DNA from: Dehalococcoidia bacterium
GTDB lineage: Bacteria > Chloroflexota > Dehalococcoidia > UBA2979
Direction of reading: 5' to 3'
DNA: 64,000 nucleotides
Assembly: GCA_963667465.2 (NCBI GenBank)
Contig: CAXXDN010000001.1
Coordinates: 736,001 to 800,000 of the forward strand
The notes under the pieces were generated by a model. That model was not told the origin of the DNA. It ran no database searches and was given only the letters and a program-made list of their open reading frames with translations. Both the position numbers and the translations under genes were made by a program. Positions 1 to 10,243 of the stretch are shown piece after piece (position 1 is the first letter of the stretch; the number at the start of each line of letters is the position of its first letter).

Positions 1-439
1 CTGGGACGGCTTCGACGTGATGCGGGCGGCGATCGACGCGCCCGTCTACGCCGGGGCCGAGGAGACCGAGATCGATCCCGCGCGCGGAGTGGAGCGCCTG
101 GCCGACGGCGCGGAGGTCGCGATCGGCAGGGCGACGATGCGGGTGATCCATACGCCGGGGCACACGCCCGGCTCGATCTGCCTGCTGCTCGGCGGAGCGC
201 TGTTCAGCGGCGACACGCTCTTCCCCGGCGGTCCCGGCGCCTCGCGCTCGAACGAGCTGCTACAGCAGGAGATCGCCTCGATCACCTCGCGGCTCTACCC
301 GCTGCCGGACGAGACGCTGGTGCTGCCGGGGCACGGTCCCCGCACCACGATCGGCGAGTCCCGCAGCGAGTACGAGGTGTTCGCCTCCCGTGGGCATGAC
401 CCGGATCTGCACGGCGACGTGCTCTGGCTGGAATCCTGA
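1..439 (+). CDS. MBL-fold metallo-hydrolase (glyoxalase II-like), 5' truncated by window edge
   Basis: HTPGHTPGS, LFSGDTLF and VLPGHG motifs; frame open from window start. Confidence 0.85.
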   Translation, partial: WDGFDVMRAAIDAPVYAGAEETEIDPARGVERLADGAEVAIGRATMRVIHTPGHTPGSICLLLGGALFSGDTLFPGGPGASRSNELLQQEIASITSRLYPLPDETLVLPGHGPRTTIGESRSEYEVFASRGHDPDLHGDVLWLES

Positions 440-556
440 CGCTCGGGCCGCCTCGGCCGGCCGTGCCGCGGGGCGTTGGACCGCTGGCGAACGGCTCCCT
501 AGGATTCGCCAGCGCGCCTCCACTCAGCGGCGGCGGTGCGGGCGAGGAGCCCTGCC

Positions 557-1843
557 ATGAGCGTTGATTCGCGGCCACACGTCTCAACGCTCGACAACGG
601 CATCCAGCTCGTGCTCAGCGAGCTGCCCCACGCGCGCTCCGTCTCGATCTCGATCTATGTCCGCGCCGGGCAGCGCTACGAGGCCGCGCCGGCCGACGCC
701 GGCATCTCGCACTTCGTCGAGCACCTCTGTTTCAAGGGCACGGAGCGCCGCCCCGGCCCGCGCCACGTCGCGGCGGAGATCGACAACCTCGGCGGCTCGA
801 TCAACGCCGCCACCGACCGTGAACTGACGGTCTACTACGGCAAGGTCACGCCCGATCGCTTCGCCGAAGCGCTCGATCTGCTCGTCGACATGCTGCGCGG
901 CTCGCTCTGCCGCGAGGAGGAGATCGAGCGTGAGCGCGGCGTGATCCTCGAGGAGCTCGCGGGCGTCGAGGATGCACCGGACGAGCAGGTGAGCGTGCTG
1001 CTGGACGGGCTGCTCTGGCCCGGCGAGCCGCTGGGACGTGACATCGCCGGTGCGCCGCAATCGATCGCCGCGCTCAGCGCCGACCGGCTGCGCGACTACT
1101 ACCAGGACCAGTACGTCGCCAACTCGGTCGTGATCTCGATCGCCGGAGCGCTGCCTGCCGGCGAGGCGCGCGATCAGACTGCGGGCGCCGTCGGCGACTG
1201 GTCCGCGGGCGAACCGGTGGACTGGGTTCGCGCCGCTGGCGATCCGTCCGGTCCGGGGCTGCGGCTGCTGCAGAAGGAGACGGAACAGGCGCACCTCGCG
1301 CTCGGCCTGCGCGGCCTGGACTCGCGAGACGAGGACCGCCATGCCCTCGCCCTGCTCTCGATCGTGCTCGGCGAGGGGATGTCCTCGCGGCTCTTCCTGC
1401 GCCTGCGCGAGGAGCTGGGGCTCTGCTACGACGTGCACAGTTCCGCCGCGTACCTGCGCGACACCGGCGCGTTCGCCGTCCACGCGGGCGTCGATCCGGC
1501 GAACGCCGCGGAGACGGTGCGCGAGATCGTTGCCGCGCTCGCCTGCCTGCACTCCCCGATCGAGGCCGGTGAGCTGGCGCGCGCCAAGCAGGTGGTGCGC
1601 TCGCGTATCCAGCTGCAGCTGGAGGACACCCGCTCCGTCTCTGCCTGGCATGGCTCGCGGCTGGCCCTCGGCCTGCCGCTGCGCCAGCCCGAGGAGGCGA
1701 TCGCCGGATTCGAGCGCGTCACGATCGAGGACGTCGAACGCGTGGCGCGCCGGCTCGTGCGCGGCGATCGCCTGCAGCTGGCGGCGATCGGCCCGATCGC
1801 CGACGCCACGGCGCTCGAGGAGGCGCTGCGGATCGCGGACTGA
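557..1843 (+). CDS. M16 family (insulinase/pitrilysin) zinc peptidase
   Basis: Inverted zinc motif HFVEH, NAAT and ERGVILEE; GAGGAG RBS before ATG 557. Confidence 0.9.
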   Translation: MSVDSRPHVSTLDNGIQLVLSELPHARSVSISIYVRAGQRYEAAPADAGISHFVEHLCFKGTERRPGPRHVAAEIDNLGGSINAATDRELTVYYGKVTPDRFAEALDLLVDMLRGSLCREEEIERERGVILEELAGVEDAPDEQVSVLLDGLLWPGEPLGRDIAGAPQSIAALSADRLRDYYQDQYVANSVVISIAGALPAGEARDQTAGAVGDWSAGEPVDWVRAAGDPSGPGLRLLQKETEQAHLALGLRGLDSRDEDRHALALLSIVLGEGMSSRLFLRLREELGLCYDVHSSAAYLRDTGAFAVHAGVDPANAAETVREIVAALACLHSPIEAGELARAKQVVRSRIQLQLEDTRSVSAWHGSRLALGLPLRQPEEAIAGFERVTIEDVERVARRLVRGDRLQLAAIGPIADATALEEALRIAD

Positions 1844-1874
1844 GCGGCGCCGCGCCGCCCACCGGGCGGCACAC

Positions 1875-2098
1875 GTAAGCAGCCGGGCCGCCCATCGGGC
1901 GCGGTACAGGGGCTGCCCCGGTAAGCAGCCGGGCGGCCGATTGGGCGCGGTACTGGGGCGGCAGAGGTAAGCAGCCGCGCCGCCCATTGGGCAGCACAGG
2001 CAAGCAGCCGGGCCGCCCATTGGGCAGCACAGGCAAGCAGCCGCGCCGCCCATTGGGCAGCACAGGCAAGCAGCCGGGCCGCCCAATGGGCGGCCCGC
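1875..2098. repeat. Tandem palindromic repeat: two 46-bp units then four 33-bp units, core G(T/C)AAGCAGCCG(G/C)GCCGCCCATTGGGC
   Basis: Units start at 1875, 1921, 1967, 2000, 2033 and 2066; GCCCA.TGGGC-type hairpin core; lies between convergent genes. Confidence 0.85.
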
Positions 2099-2124
2099 TG
2101 GCGTACTCGTCCCCGGGGGCGAGG

Positions 2125-3828
<1,704 letters not shown>

Positions 3829-4131
3829 CTACTTTCCGTCGACGAGCTTGGCCAGCACGTCCTGGAAGCGGATGATGATGTACTCGACGTTGTCGACGGT
3901 GATGTCCTGGCCCGTGTACTTCTGGTAGAGCACGCGGTCGCCTGCATCCAGCTCCATCGTCTCCATCACGCCGGCGTCATTGGTCTTGCCGGGGCCCACG
4001 GCGACGACGTGGCCGTGCTGCGGCTTCTCCTTGGCGGAGTCCGGAATCACCAGTCCGGACGCGGTGATCTCCTCTTCCTTGACGGACTGCAGCACGATGT
4101 GGTCCGTCAAGGGAACGACTGAAGTACTCAA
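3829..4131 (-). CDS. groS: Co-chaperonin GroES
   Basis: PLTDHIV, TASGLVIPDSAKEKPQ, VVAVGPG; TTG start at 4131 after GGAGG RBS. Confidence 0.95.
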   Translation of the reverse strand: MSTSVVPLTDHIVLQSVKEEEITASGLVIPDSAKEKPQHGHVVAVGPGKTNDAGVMETMELDAGDRVLYQKYTGQDITVDNVEYIIIRFQDVLAKLVDGK

Positions 4132-4187
4132 TTCACTGTCCTCCCGATTGCCTGTTTCGTTGTTCAGCGATCTGTTCGCGCCGAATC

Positions 4188-4214
4188 TTAGCACTCTCCC
4201 CGTTAGAGTGCTAG
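4188..4214. promoter_or_regulatory. CIRCE operator (HrcA binding site)
   Basis: TTAGCACTC-N9-GAGTGCTAG, one mismatch to consensus, directly upstream of groES. Confidence 0.93.
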
Positions 4215-4283
4215 CGTGACGCGCTACATGAATTCGTGTACCTTCCGGGCGGCAGCGTGGCGCCGGCGGAAGCAGGCCCGGGG

Positions 4284-4580
4284 ATGACGGAGCAAGAGCC
4301 CCGCTACGGCGATCGGCTTGGCGATCGATACCGTCGTCCGCCGCCCGGCGATGGCGCGTGGCGCGCGGAAGAGGTGCGCGCGCTGCGCGGCCACCTCGGC
4401 GAGACGCAGCGTCAGTTCGCGGACCGCATCGGCACCAACCAGCAGACCGTCTCCGAGTGGGAGCGCCGCGCGCGCCGGCCGCGCCGGATGGCGCGGCGGC
4501 TGCTGCAGCTCGTTGCCGAGCAGGCCGGCTTCTACCGCCTCGACGGCACGGAGCGCGGGACGGACGGCCCGGAACGATGA
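4284..4580 (+). CDS. XRE-family helix-turn-helix protein
   Basis: VRALRGHLGETQRQFADRIGTNQQTVSEWE pattern. Confidence 0.8.
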   Translation: MTEQEPRYGDRLGDRYRRPPPGDGAWRAEEVRALRGHLGETQRQFADRIGTNQQTVSEWERRARRPRRMARRLLQLVAEQAGFYRLDGTERGTDGPER

Positions 4581-5743
4581 GCGCAGCGCTGATCGCCGAA
4601 GCGCCCGCGCGGCCGGCGGTGCACGCCGTGCGCGAGTCCGCCCCGCCGCCCTACCGGCTGCGGCCGCGCCCCGGGACGCCGCCCGCGGAGGCAGCGGACG
4701 GGCGGCTGCTGGAGCACGAGCTGGTCGCGCTCTGGCTGCTCGGCCGGACGCCGCCGCAGGCGCTGCCCTGGCCGCTGCTGCGGCCCGGCCGCGCCGGGCG
4801 CGGGCCCGGTCCGGACGTGCGCGAGGCGGCGTTCCTGCTGCCCGAGGGCGTCGTGCGCAGCGGCCCCGTGGAGGTGCACCTGCGGGCCAGCGACTTCCTG
4901 CGCCACGGCCACGATCGTGATCCCGCCTACGGCGCGCTCGTGCTGCACCTCGTCTGGATCGACGACCGCGCGGAGCCCGGTGGACCGCAGCCGCTGCCGG
5001 GCGGTGGACTCGCGCCCACGAGCGCGGTCGGCCCGGCGCTGGACGCTGATCCCGCACGGCTGCGCAGGCTGCTGCGGCTCGGCCCCGGCGGGACGGAGCC
5101 GTGCGCCGCGGCGGCCACGCGGCGCGGCGCCGGGGAGACCACGGCGCTGCTGCGCGCCGAGGGGCGGCGGCGCATGGCGGAGCTGGTCTGGCGCGCCGGC
5201 GCGCTGGCCGCCGGGCAGGGCTGGCACGGGGCCTGGGTGCGGCTGCTGCTGCGCGCGCTGGAGGCCTCCGCCGGTCGCCGCCGCGAGACGCCGCAGGCGC
5301 GTCTCGAGCTCGCCGCCGCGATCGGCCGCGCCCTCGGCGGCGAGCCGCTGCGCCGCCTCGCGGAGCTGGCTGCCGCCGGGCGGCCGGGCCCGCTGATCGA
5401 GGGGCTGCGCGGCGAACGGCTGATCGGTCGCGGGCGCGCGGCGGAGCTGGGCTGGAACGCCGCGCTGCCGCTGCTCGCCGCGCAGGCGGCGGCCTTCGGG
5501 GACCTCGCGCTGGCGCGCCGCAGCGCGGCGCTGATCGAGACCTGGCCGGCGCCCCGCCCCTACGGCCGCACGCTCGCACTGCGCCGCCTGCTCGGACCGT
5601 CGGCGCGCGGGGCGGGCGCGCTCCACGCGCAGGGGCTGCTGCACATGCAGGACCTGTGGTGCCGGCGCGGCGGCTGCGGCGTCTGCCCGCTCTCCGCAGA
5701 TGGCGCGGACGGCGCGGACGGCGCGGTCGGGCGAGCGGACTGA
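4577..5743 (+). CDS. DUF2851-like protein
   Basis: GPD...G.VEVH..ASDF..HGH..DPAY..LVLHLV N-terminal motif; AxxxQGLLH and C-terminal CxxxxCxxCP; ATGA overlap with the HTH gene. Confidence 0.7.
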   Translation: MSAALIAEAPARPAVHAVRESAPPPYRLRPRPGTPPAEAADGRLLEHELVALWLLGRTPPQALPWPLLRPGRAGRGPGPDVREAAFLLPEGVVRSGPVEVHLRASDFLRHGHDRDPAYGALVLHLVWIDDRAEPGGPQPLPGGGLAPTSAVGPALDADPARLRRLLRLGPGGTEPCAAAATRRGAGETTALLRAEGRRRMAELVWRAGALAAGQGWHGAWVRLLLRALEASAGRRRETPQARLELAAAIGRALGGEPLRRLAELAAAGRPGPLIEGLRGERLIGRGRAAELGWNAALPLLAAQAAAFGDLALARRSAALIETWPAPRPYGRTLALRRLLGPSARGAGALHAQGLLHMQDLWCRRGGCGVCPLSADGADGADGAVGRAD

Positions 5744-5752
5744 GCACTGCGG

Positions 5753-5978
5753 TTGAGGCGGGGGGACTCAAGCCCCAGATCGGCGGCCACGATCAGGCAC
5801 AGGACGGTGGGCACGATCGACCGCAAGCGGTCCACCCGGGAGTGGCCGCGCGCGAGCAGTGTCAGCACCCGGCACAGCGCAGCCAGGGCGACGTATAGCT
5901 CCAGCGCCGTGCTGTACGGGGTACCCGTCAGCGGATGATCGATGAAGCTGACACGTTCTCAAGCTGGCACGCTCTCAA
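5753..5978 (-). ncRNA. Candidate structured RNA, unidentified family
   Basis: Nested stems 5859-5866/5947-5954 and 5783-5790/5842-5849, terminal stem 5753-5760/5970-5978, G-CUUG-C tetraloop; G-U pairs favour the minus strand. Confidence 0.4.
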
Positions 5979-5985
5979 TGCTGGC

Positions 5986-6288
5986 TCAATCGGCGTGCAG
6001 CACGGCCTCCTCAATCGTGCGGTCGACGATCTCGGCGCGGCCGAGCAGCTCGCCGGCGGCGAAGCGCTGCGCCTCGTCGGTCAGCCGCCGCGCGGTCGCG
6101 AGGTCGCCGGAGACGACGGCGAAGCCGATCAGCGCGCGCTGTCGCTGATCCTGCGCGCCCACCTCGGCGGCGCTGAGCTCGAGCCGCCCGCGCAGTCGCG
6201 CGGTCAGCGAGCGCACCACGGCGCGCTTCTCCTTGAGGCTGCGCACGCCCGGCAGGTGCAGCGTCAGCAGCACGCTGATCGTGACCAT
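5986..6288 (-). CDS. DUF503 (YlxP-like) protein
   Basis: LHLPGVRSLKEKRAVVRSL...SAAEVG.QD motif. Confidence 0.88.
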   Translation of the reverse strand: MVTISVLLTLHLPGVRSLKEKRAVVRSLTARLRGRLELSAAEVGAQDQRQRALIGFAVVSGDLATARRLTDEAQRFAAGELLGRAEIVDRTIEEAVLHAD

Positions 6289-6314
6289 CGCCGGGCCCGC
6301 CGCGCAGCTCGCGC

Positions 6315-7655
6315 CTAGAGCCCGAGCGAGGGCTGGCGAGGGGACGCCGGCTCGTCGGACTCGGAGGTCGCGGCGCTGGCGGCGCCGTCCTCGTCCGCTG
6401 GCCCGTCGAACTCGGAGGTTGCGGCGGGGGCTGTGGCGGCGTCGTCCGCTGGCCCGTCGGACTCGGAGGTTGCGGCGGGGGCTGTGGCGGCGTCGTCTGC
6501 TGGCCCGTCGAACTCGGAGGTTGCGGCGGGGGCTGTGGCGGCGTCGTCTGCTGGCCCGTCGAACTCGGAGGTTGCGGCGGGGGCTGTGGCGGCGTCGTCT
6601 GCTGGCCCGTCGAGGTCCGAGGTTGCGGCGGGGGCTGTGGCGGCGTCGTCCGCTGGCCCGTCGGACTCGGAGGTTGCGGCGGGGGCGGCGCCGTCCTCGT
6701 CCGCTGGCCCGTCGAACTCCGAGATTGCGGCGGGGGCTGTGGCGGCGTCGTCCGCTGGCCCGTCGGACTCGGAGGTTGCGGCGGGGGCTGTGGCGGCGTC
6801 GTCTGCTGGCCCGTCGAACTCGGAGGTTGCGGCGGGGGCTGTGGCGGCGTCGTCCGCTGGCCCGTCGAACTCGGAGGTTGCGGCGGGGGCTGTGGCGGCG
6901 TCGTCTGCTGGCCCGTCGAGGTCCGAGGTTGCGGCGGGAGCTGTGGCGTCGTCGTCCGGCCGGGGGGCTGTCGCCTCCCCGTCCGGCGGCTCGTCGGACT
7001 CGGACGTCGCGCCGTCCCCGGGTGGCTCCGCGCCGCCCTCCGCCGCGGTCTGCCCGTCGAGCAGCCCTGCCTGCTCCGCGGGTGGGGCAACGCCGAGGCG
7101 CTCGGCGAACTCGTCGAGGCCGGGCAGCTCCGAGGCGCGCAGCAGTCCGAAGTGCTCGAGGAAGCGCTGCGTCGTGCCATAGAGCGAGGGGCGGCCGGGA
7201 CCGGCGGCGCGCCCGACGCGCTCGATCAGCCCGCGCGCGCGCAGCGTGGCCAGCACGTGGTCGCTGCTGGTCCCGCGGATCGCCTCGATCGCGGCGCGCG
7301 TGACCGGCTGGCGGTAGGCGATCACGGCGAGCGTCTCCAGCGCTGCTGTCGACAGCCGCCGCGCCGACTCCAGCCCGAGGAATTGCTCGACCAGCTCGGC
7401 GGCCTCCGGCGCGGTGACCAGCTGCACGCCCTCCGGACCGCGCTGCAGCTGCATACCGTGCCCCTCCAGCGCGCCCTCGAGGGCGTCGAGGGTGAGCTCG
7501 ATGCGGCGCGGGGTGACGTCCAGCGTGCGCGCGAGCGCGCCGGGCGCAACCGGGCCGTCGGAGACGAAGAGCAGCGCCTCGACGAGCGCGCGCAGCTGCG
7601 CGGGCTCGGGCGTGGCAGCCCGGGTGGTGGGTTCGGCGGCCGGTTCGTCAGCCAT
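6315..7655 (-). CDS. scpB: SMC-Scp complex subunit ScpB with long acidic repeat tail
   Basis: VEALLFVS, LSTAALETLAVIAYRQPVTRAAIEAIRG, GPGRPSLYGTT..FLEHFGL. Confidence 0.92.
   Translation of the reverse strand: MADEPAAEPTTRAATPEPAQLRALVEALLFVSDGPVAPGALARTLDVTPRRIELTLDALEGALEGHGMQLQRGPEGVQLVTAPEAAELVEQFLGLESARRLSTAALETLAVIAYRQPVTRAAIEAIRGTSSDHVLATLRARGLIERVGRAAGPGRPSLYGTTQRFLEHFGLLRASELPGLDEFAERLGVAPPAEQAGLLDGQTAAEGGAEPPGDGATSESDEPPDGEATAPRPDDDATAPAATSDLDGPADDAATAPAATSEFDGPADDAATAPAATSEFDGPADDAATAPAATSESDGPADDAATAPAAISEFDGPADEDGAAPAATSESDGPADDAATAPAATSDLDGPADDAATAPAATSEFDGPADDAATAPAATSEFDGPADDAATAPAATSESDGPADDAATAPAATSEFDGPADEDGAASAATSESDEPASPRQPSLGL
6351..6962 (-). repeat. 12 x 51-bp coding tandem repeat (PADDAATAPAATSEFDG)
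   Basis: Read directly from the translation; variant order repeats as two 6-unit blocks. Confidence 0.92.
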
Positions 7656-7727
7656 CGCGGTCCCGATCGGACGGCGGGGAGAGGCCTGCGGCAGGCGGAC
7701 TACCGCCTCCGGCGTACGATGCCCCGG

Positions 7728-8561
7728 ATGATCGTCGATGTCCATAGCCACGTCTTCCCGCCGGCGCTGATCGCGCGCCGCGAGGAGCTCGCGCGCGCCG
7801 ACGCCGGCTTCGCCGCGCTCTACGGCGACGCCCGCGCGCGCATGGCGAGCGCCCCCGAGCTGCTGGCCTCGATGGAGGGCGCGGGCGTGGACCGCGCGGT
7901 CGCCGCCGGCTTTTGGTGGCGTGATCGCGGACACGCTGAGGAGCACGCGGAGTACCTGCTCAACGCCGCGGCGCAGCCAGCGGGATCGTTGCTGCCCTTC
8001 GTGCCGATCGCCTTCGAGGATGGCGGGGCGCGGGAGCGGGCGCGCGACTATGCCGCGGCCGGCGCGTGCGGCCTTGGCGAGGTGCGCCCCGGCGAGCGCG
8101 ACGAGGACGAGGCGGCGGCCTGGCTGGCCGAGGTCACGGCGGGGCTGGAGCTGCCGCTGCTCGTGCACGCCTCGGAGCCCGTGGGGCATGGCTACGGCGG
8201 CAAGGGCGGGGGCTTCACGCCGGGCGGGCTGTGGCGGCTGCTCGAGGCGGGTCGGCTGCGCGTGATCGCGGGGCACTGGGGCGGCGGCTTCCCCTTCTTC
8301 GCGCTGATGCCGGAGGTGCGCGCGCTGCTCGCCGAGGGCCGGCTCGCCTTCGACTCGGCCGCCAGCACGCTGCTCTACGAGCCGCGCGTCTTCGAGGCGG
8401 TGGCGGAGTTGGCCGGCCCGGAGCTCGTGCTGTGGGGCTCCGACTACCCGCTGCGCGCGCAGGGCCGCGACCTCGCCGCGGCGCGAGCGGCCGTCGCCGA
8501 CCCGGTGCTGCGCGAGGCGCTGCTCGGCGGCAACGCCGCGCGCTTCCTCGGGCTCTCCTGA
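7728..8561 (+). CDS. Amidohydrolase family 2 protein
   Basis: IVDVHSH, VHASEPVGH.Y.GKG, GHWGGG, WGSDYP. Confidence 0.88.
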   Translation: MIVDVHSHVFPPALIARREELARADAGFAALYGDARARMASAPELLASMEGAGVDRAVAAGFWWRDRGHAEEHAEYLLNAAAQPAGSLLPFVPIAFEDGGARERARDYAAAGACGLGEVRPGERDEDEAAAWLAEVTAGLELPLLVHASEPVGHGYGGKGGGFTPGGLWRLLEAGRLRVIAGHWGGGFPFFALMPEVRALLAEGRLAFDSAASTLLYEPRVFEAVAELAGPELVLWGSDYPLRAQGRDLAAARAAVADPVLREALLGGNAARFLGLS

Positions 8562-8563
8562 GC

Positions 8564-9118
8564 GTGCGGCTCTTCCTCGCGATCGAGCCGCCCGAGGCGT
8601 GGCGGCGCGCCGCCGCCGCGGCGCTCGCGACGATCGACGGGCAGCACCCCGGCCTGCTGCGCCCGGTGCGGCCGGAGCTGCTGCACCTCACGCTGCGCTT
8701 CCTCGGCGAGGTCGAAGCGGAGCGGCTGGAGCCGCTGCAGGCGGCGCTGCGCGAGACCGTGCCGCCTGTCGAGGTCCCGCTCGAGCTCGGCGCGGCCGGG
8801 CTGTTCGGCGGGTCACGAGGCGGGGCGGTGTGGCTCGGCGTGGGCGGGGACCGCGAGGGCCTGCGCGCGCTGGCCGCGCGCGCGGAGGACGCGGTCGTTG
8901 CCGCCGGGCTGCCGGAGGAGCGCCGTGAGCTGGGTCCGCACCTCACGATCGCGCGTGTACGGAGGCAGCCGCGGGGGCCCGAGCGGCGCGCGATCGCCGC
9001 CTCGGTGCGCGCGCTCGCGGCGCCCGATGGCTCGCCGTTCGTCGCGCGGGAGCTGGTGCTGGTGCGCTCCTGGCTGCGGCCGGAGGGTCCGCGCTACCGC
9101 GCGCTGGCGCGGTTCTGA
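8564..9118 (+). CDS. thpR: RNA 2',3'-cyclic phosphodiesterase (2H phosphoesterase)
   Basis: RLFLAI start and two HxT motifs (LHLTLRF, PHLTIAR). Confidence 0.9.
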   Translation: MRLFLAIEPPEAWRRAAAAALATIDGQHPGLLRPVRPELLHLTLRFLGEVEAERLEPLQAALRETVPPVEVPLELGAAGLFGGSRGGAVWLGVGGDREGLRALAARAEDAVVAAGLPEERRELGPHLTIARVRRQPRGPERRAIAASVRALAAPDGSPFVARELVLVRSWLRPEGPRYRALARF

Positions 9119-9789
9119 GGGCGTCCGGCTCGGCCTGCGAGGGTTGCCGCCCCGTCAGTCCCTGAGCCGGGCAGTGAGCGCGGAGCCGCGCAGATCGCGG
9201 TCCGGCGGTGGTAGCGGCGGACCGGCGTGCACGGGCGCGCCCGGGAGCCAGATCGTGCACTCGCTGTCCCACGACCACAGCATCGAAGCGCCGGCCACCG
9301 AGCGGTGGCGAACGAACGGCGTGGTCAAGAGCGCCATGAACGTCAGGTGGACGCCGTGCCACCGCGCGGCGACCCGCGTCCAGTCGGGCACGAGCGTTCC
9401 GGCGCCCGCCGGACTGGTGCGATCCTCGTTGACCCGCGCGTAGCTGACGCACAGGTCGTGCCAGTCGGACGGGCCGGTGATCTCGATCACGCGCGAGGCC
9501 TCGCCGAGCCTGGCTTCGAACCGGCGGTGCGGCGATCCCTCCGCCCAGTCGCCGACACCCGTTGCGATCACCGTGTCCAGGCACGAGGAGCCCCCGCGCA
9601 GCGTCGAGGTGATCCGCCACCCCAGCGGACGCTGGGCGTAGTTCTCCCAGCGCGCATCCGACGCCGGCGAAGCGTGGCGCGGCGAGACCCGGTCGAGTCC
9701 CTCGCCGACGACCAGCCCCTGCGGGGCATCACATCACATCCGGGGCATCAAGAGTACCGCGCGCTGGCGCGGTTCTGAGCGTGTCCGGC
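9095..9789 (+). repeat. 35-bp direct repeat of the thpR 3' end (9095-9129 and 9755-9789) flanking an inserted fragment
   Basis: TACCGCGCGCTGGCGCGGTTCTGAG is identical in both copies; the next 10 bp have 2 mismatches. Confidence 0.88.
9155..9733 (-). pseudogene. 5'-truncated hypothetical gene fragment (Trp-rich, PDW..VA..WHGVHLT...WDSE.TIWL)
   Basis: Frame is open upstream of GTG 9571 to a TGA near 9735 with no start codon or RBS; bounded by the direct repeats. Confidence 0.55.
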
Positions 9790-9926
9790 GGCGGGGCGGT
9801 TGACTCGCAAGCGGGAGTGATTCTAGGCTCGCAGCGATGGGTGAGCATGCCGACGGAAACCCCTCAACGCGCCGCGGCCGGTCCGCGGCGTTCGCGCGTC
9901 AGACGCCCCGCGAAGAAGGAACGCAC

Positions 9927-10184
9927 ATGGAATCCGGGATGATCGGGAAGGTCGCAAAGGCGCACCGCTACGCCCGTGAGCGGGATCGCCTCCATGTCAC
10001 GCAGCTCACGGTCTCCGTGACCGGGGAAAACAGCACCCACGAGGTGACCCTCGACCACGGCCGCTGGCAATGCAGCTGCGACTTTTTCGTCCATCGCCGG
10101 GCCTGCGCCCACACCATGACCATCGAGCTCGTACTCGAGGGCGCCCTGCTGGAGCCCGAGACTGAGGCCGACGCCGTCGCCTGA
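9927..10184 (+). CDS. Small SWIM-type zinc finger protein
   Basis: CSCDFF...CAH (CxC...CxH); AAGGA RBS. Confidence 0.8.
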   Translation: MESGMIGKVAKAHRYARERDRLHVTQLTVSVTGENSTHEVTLDHGRWQCSCDFFVHRRACAHTMTIELVLEGALLEPETEADAVA

Positions 10185-10202
10185 GTTGCCGCGCTTCTGC
10201 GT

Positions 10203-10240
10203 CCCCTCTCCCCGGGCGGGAGAGGGTTGGGGTGAGGGGG
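10203..10240. repeat. REP-like palindrome CCCCTCTCCC-Nn-GGGAGAGGGTTGGGGTGAGGGG
   Basis: Same motif recurs near 12543, 12768/14279, 28918, 36353 and 36512. Confidence 0.85.
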
Positions 10241-10243
10241 TCC

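Noticed and set aside
1875-2098. Possible CRISPR array
   Set aside because: Inter-repeat segments are only 7-20 bp and mostly identical; no unique spacers and no cas genes.
5560-5945. Hydrophobic minus-strand frame (ELYVALAALCR...) as a small membrane protein or tmRNA tag
   Set aside because: No upstream start or RBS for the hydrophobic part, no stop after ALAA, no tRNA-like ends, and it overlaps the DUF2851 3' end.
7656-8276. N-terminal extension of ScpB in the ORF track
   Set aside because: Overlaps the divergent amidohydrolase; ScpB similarity begins after ATG 7655.
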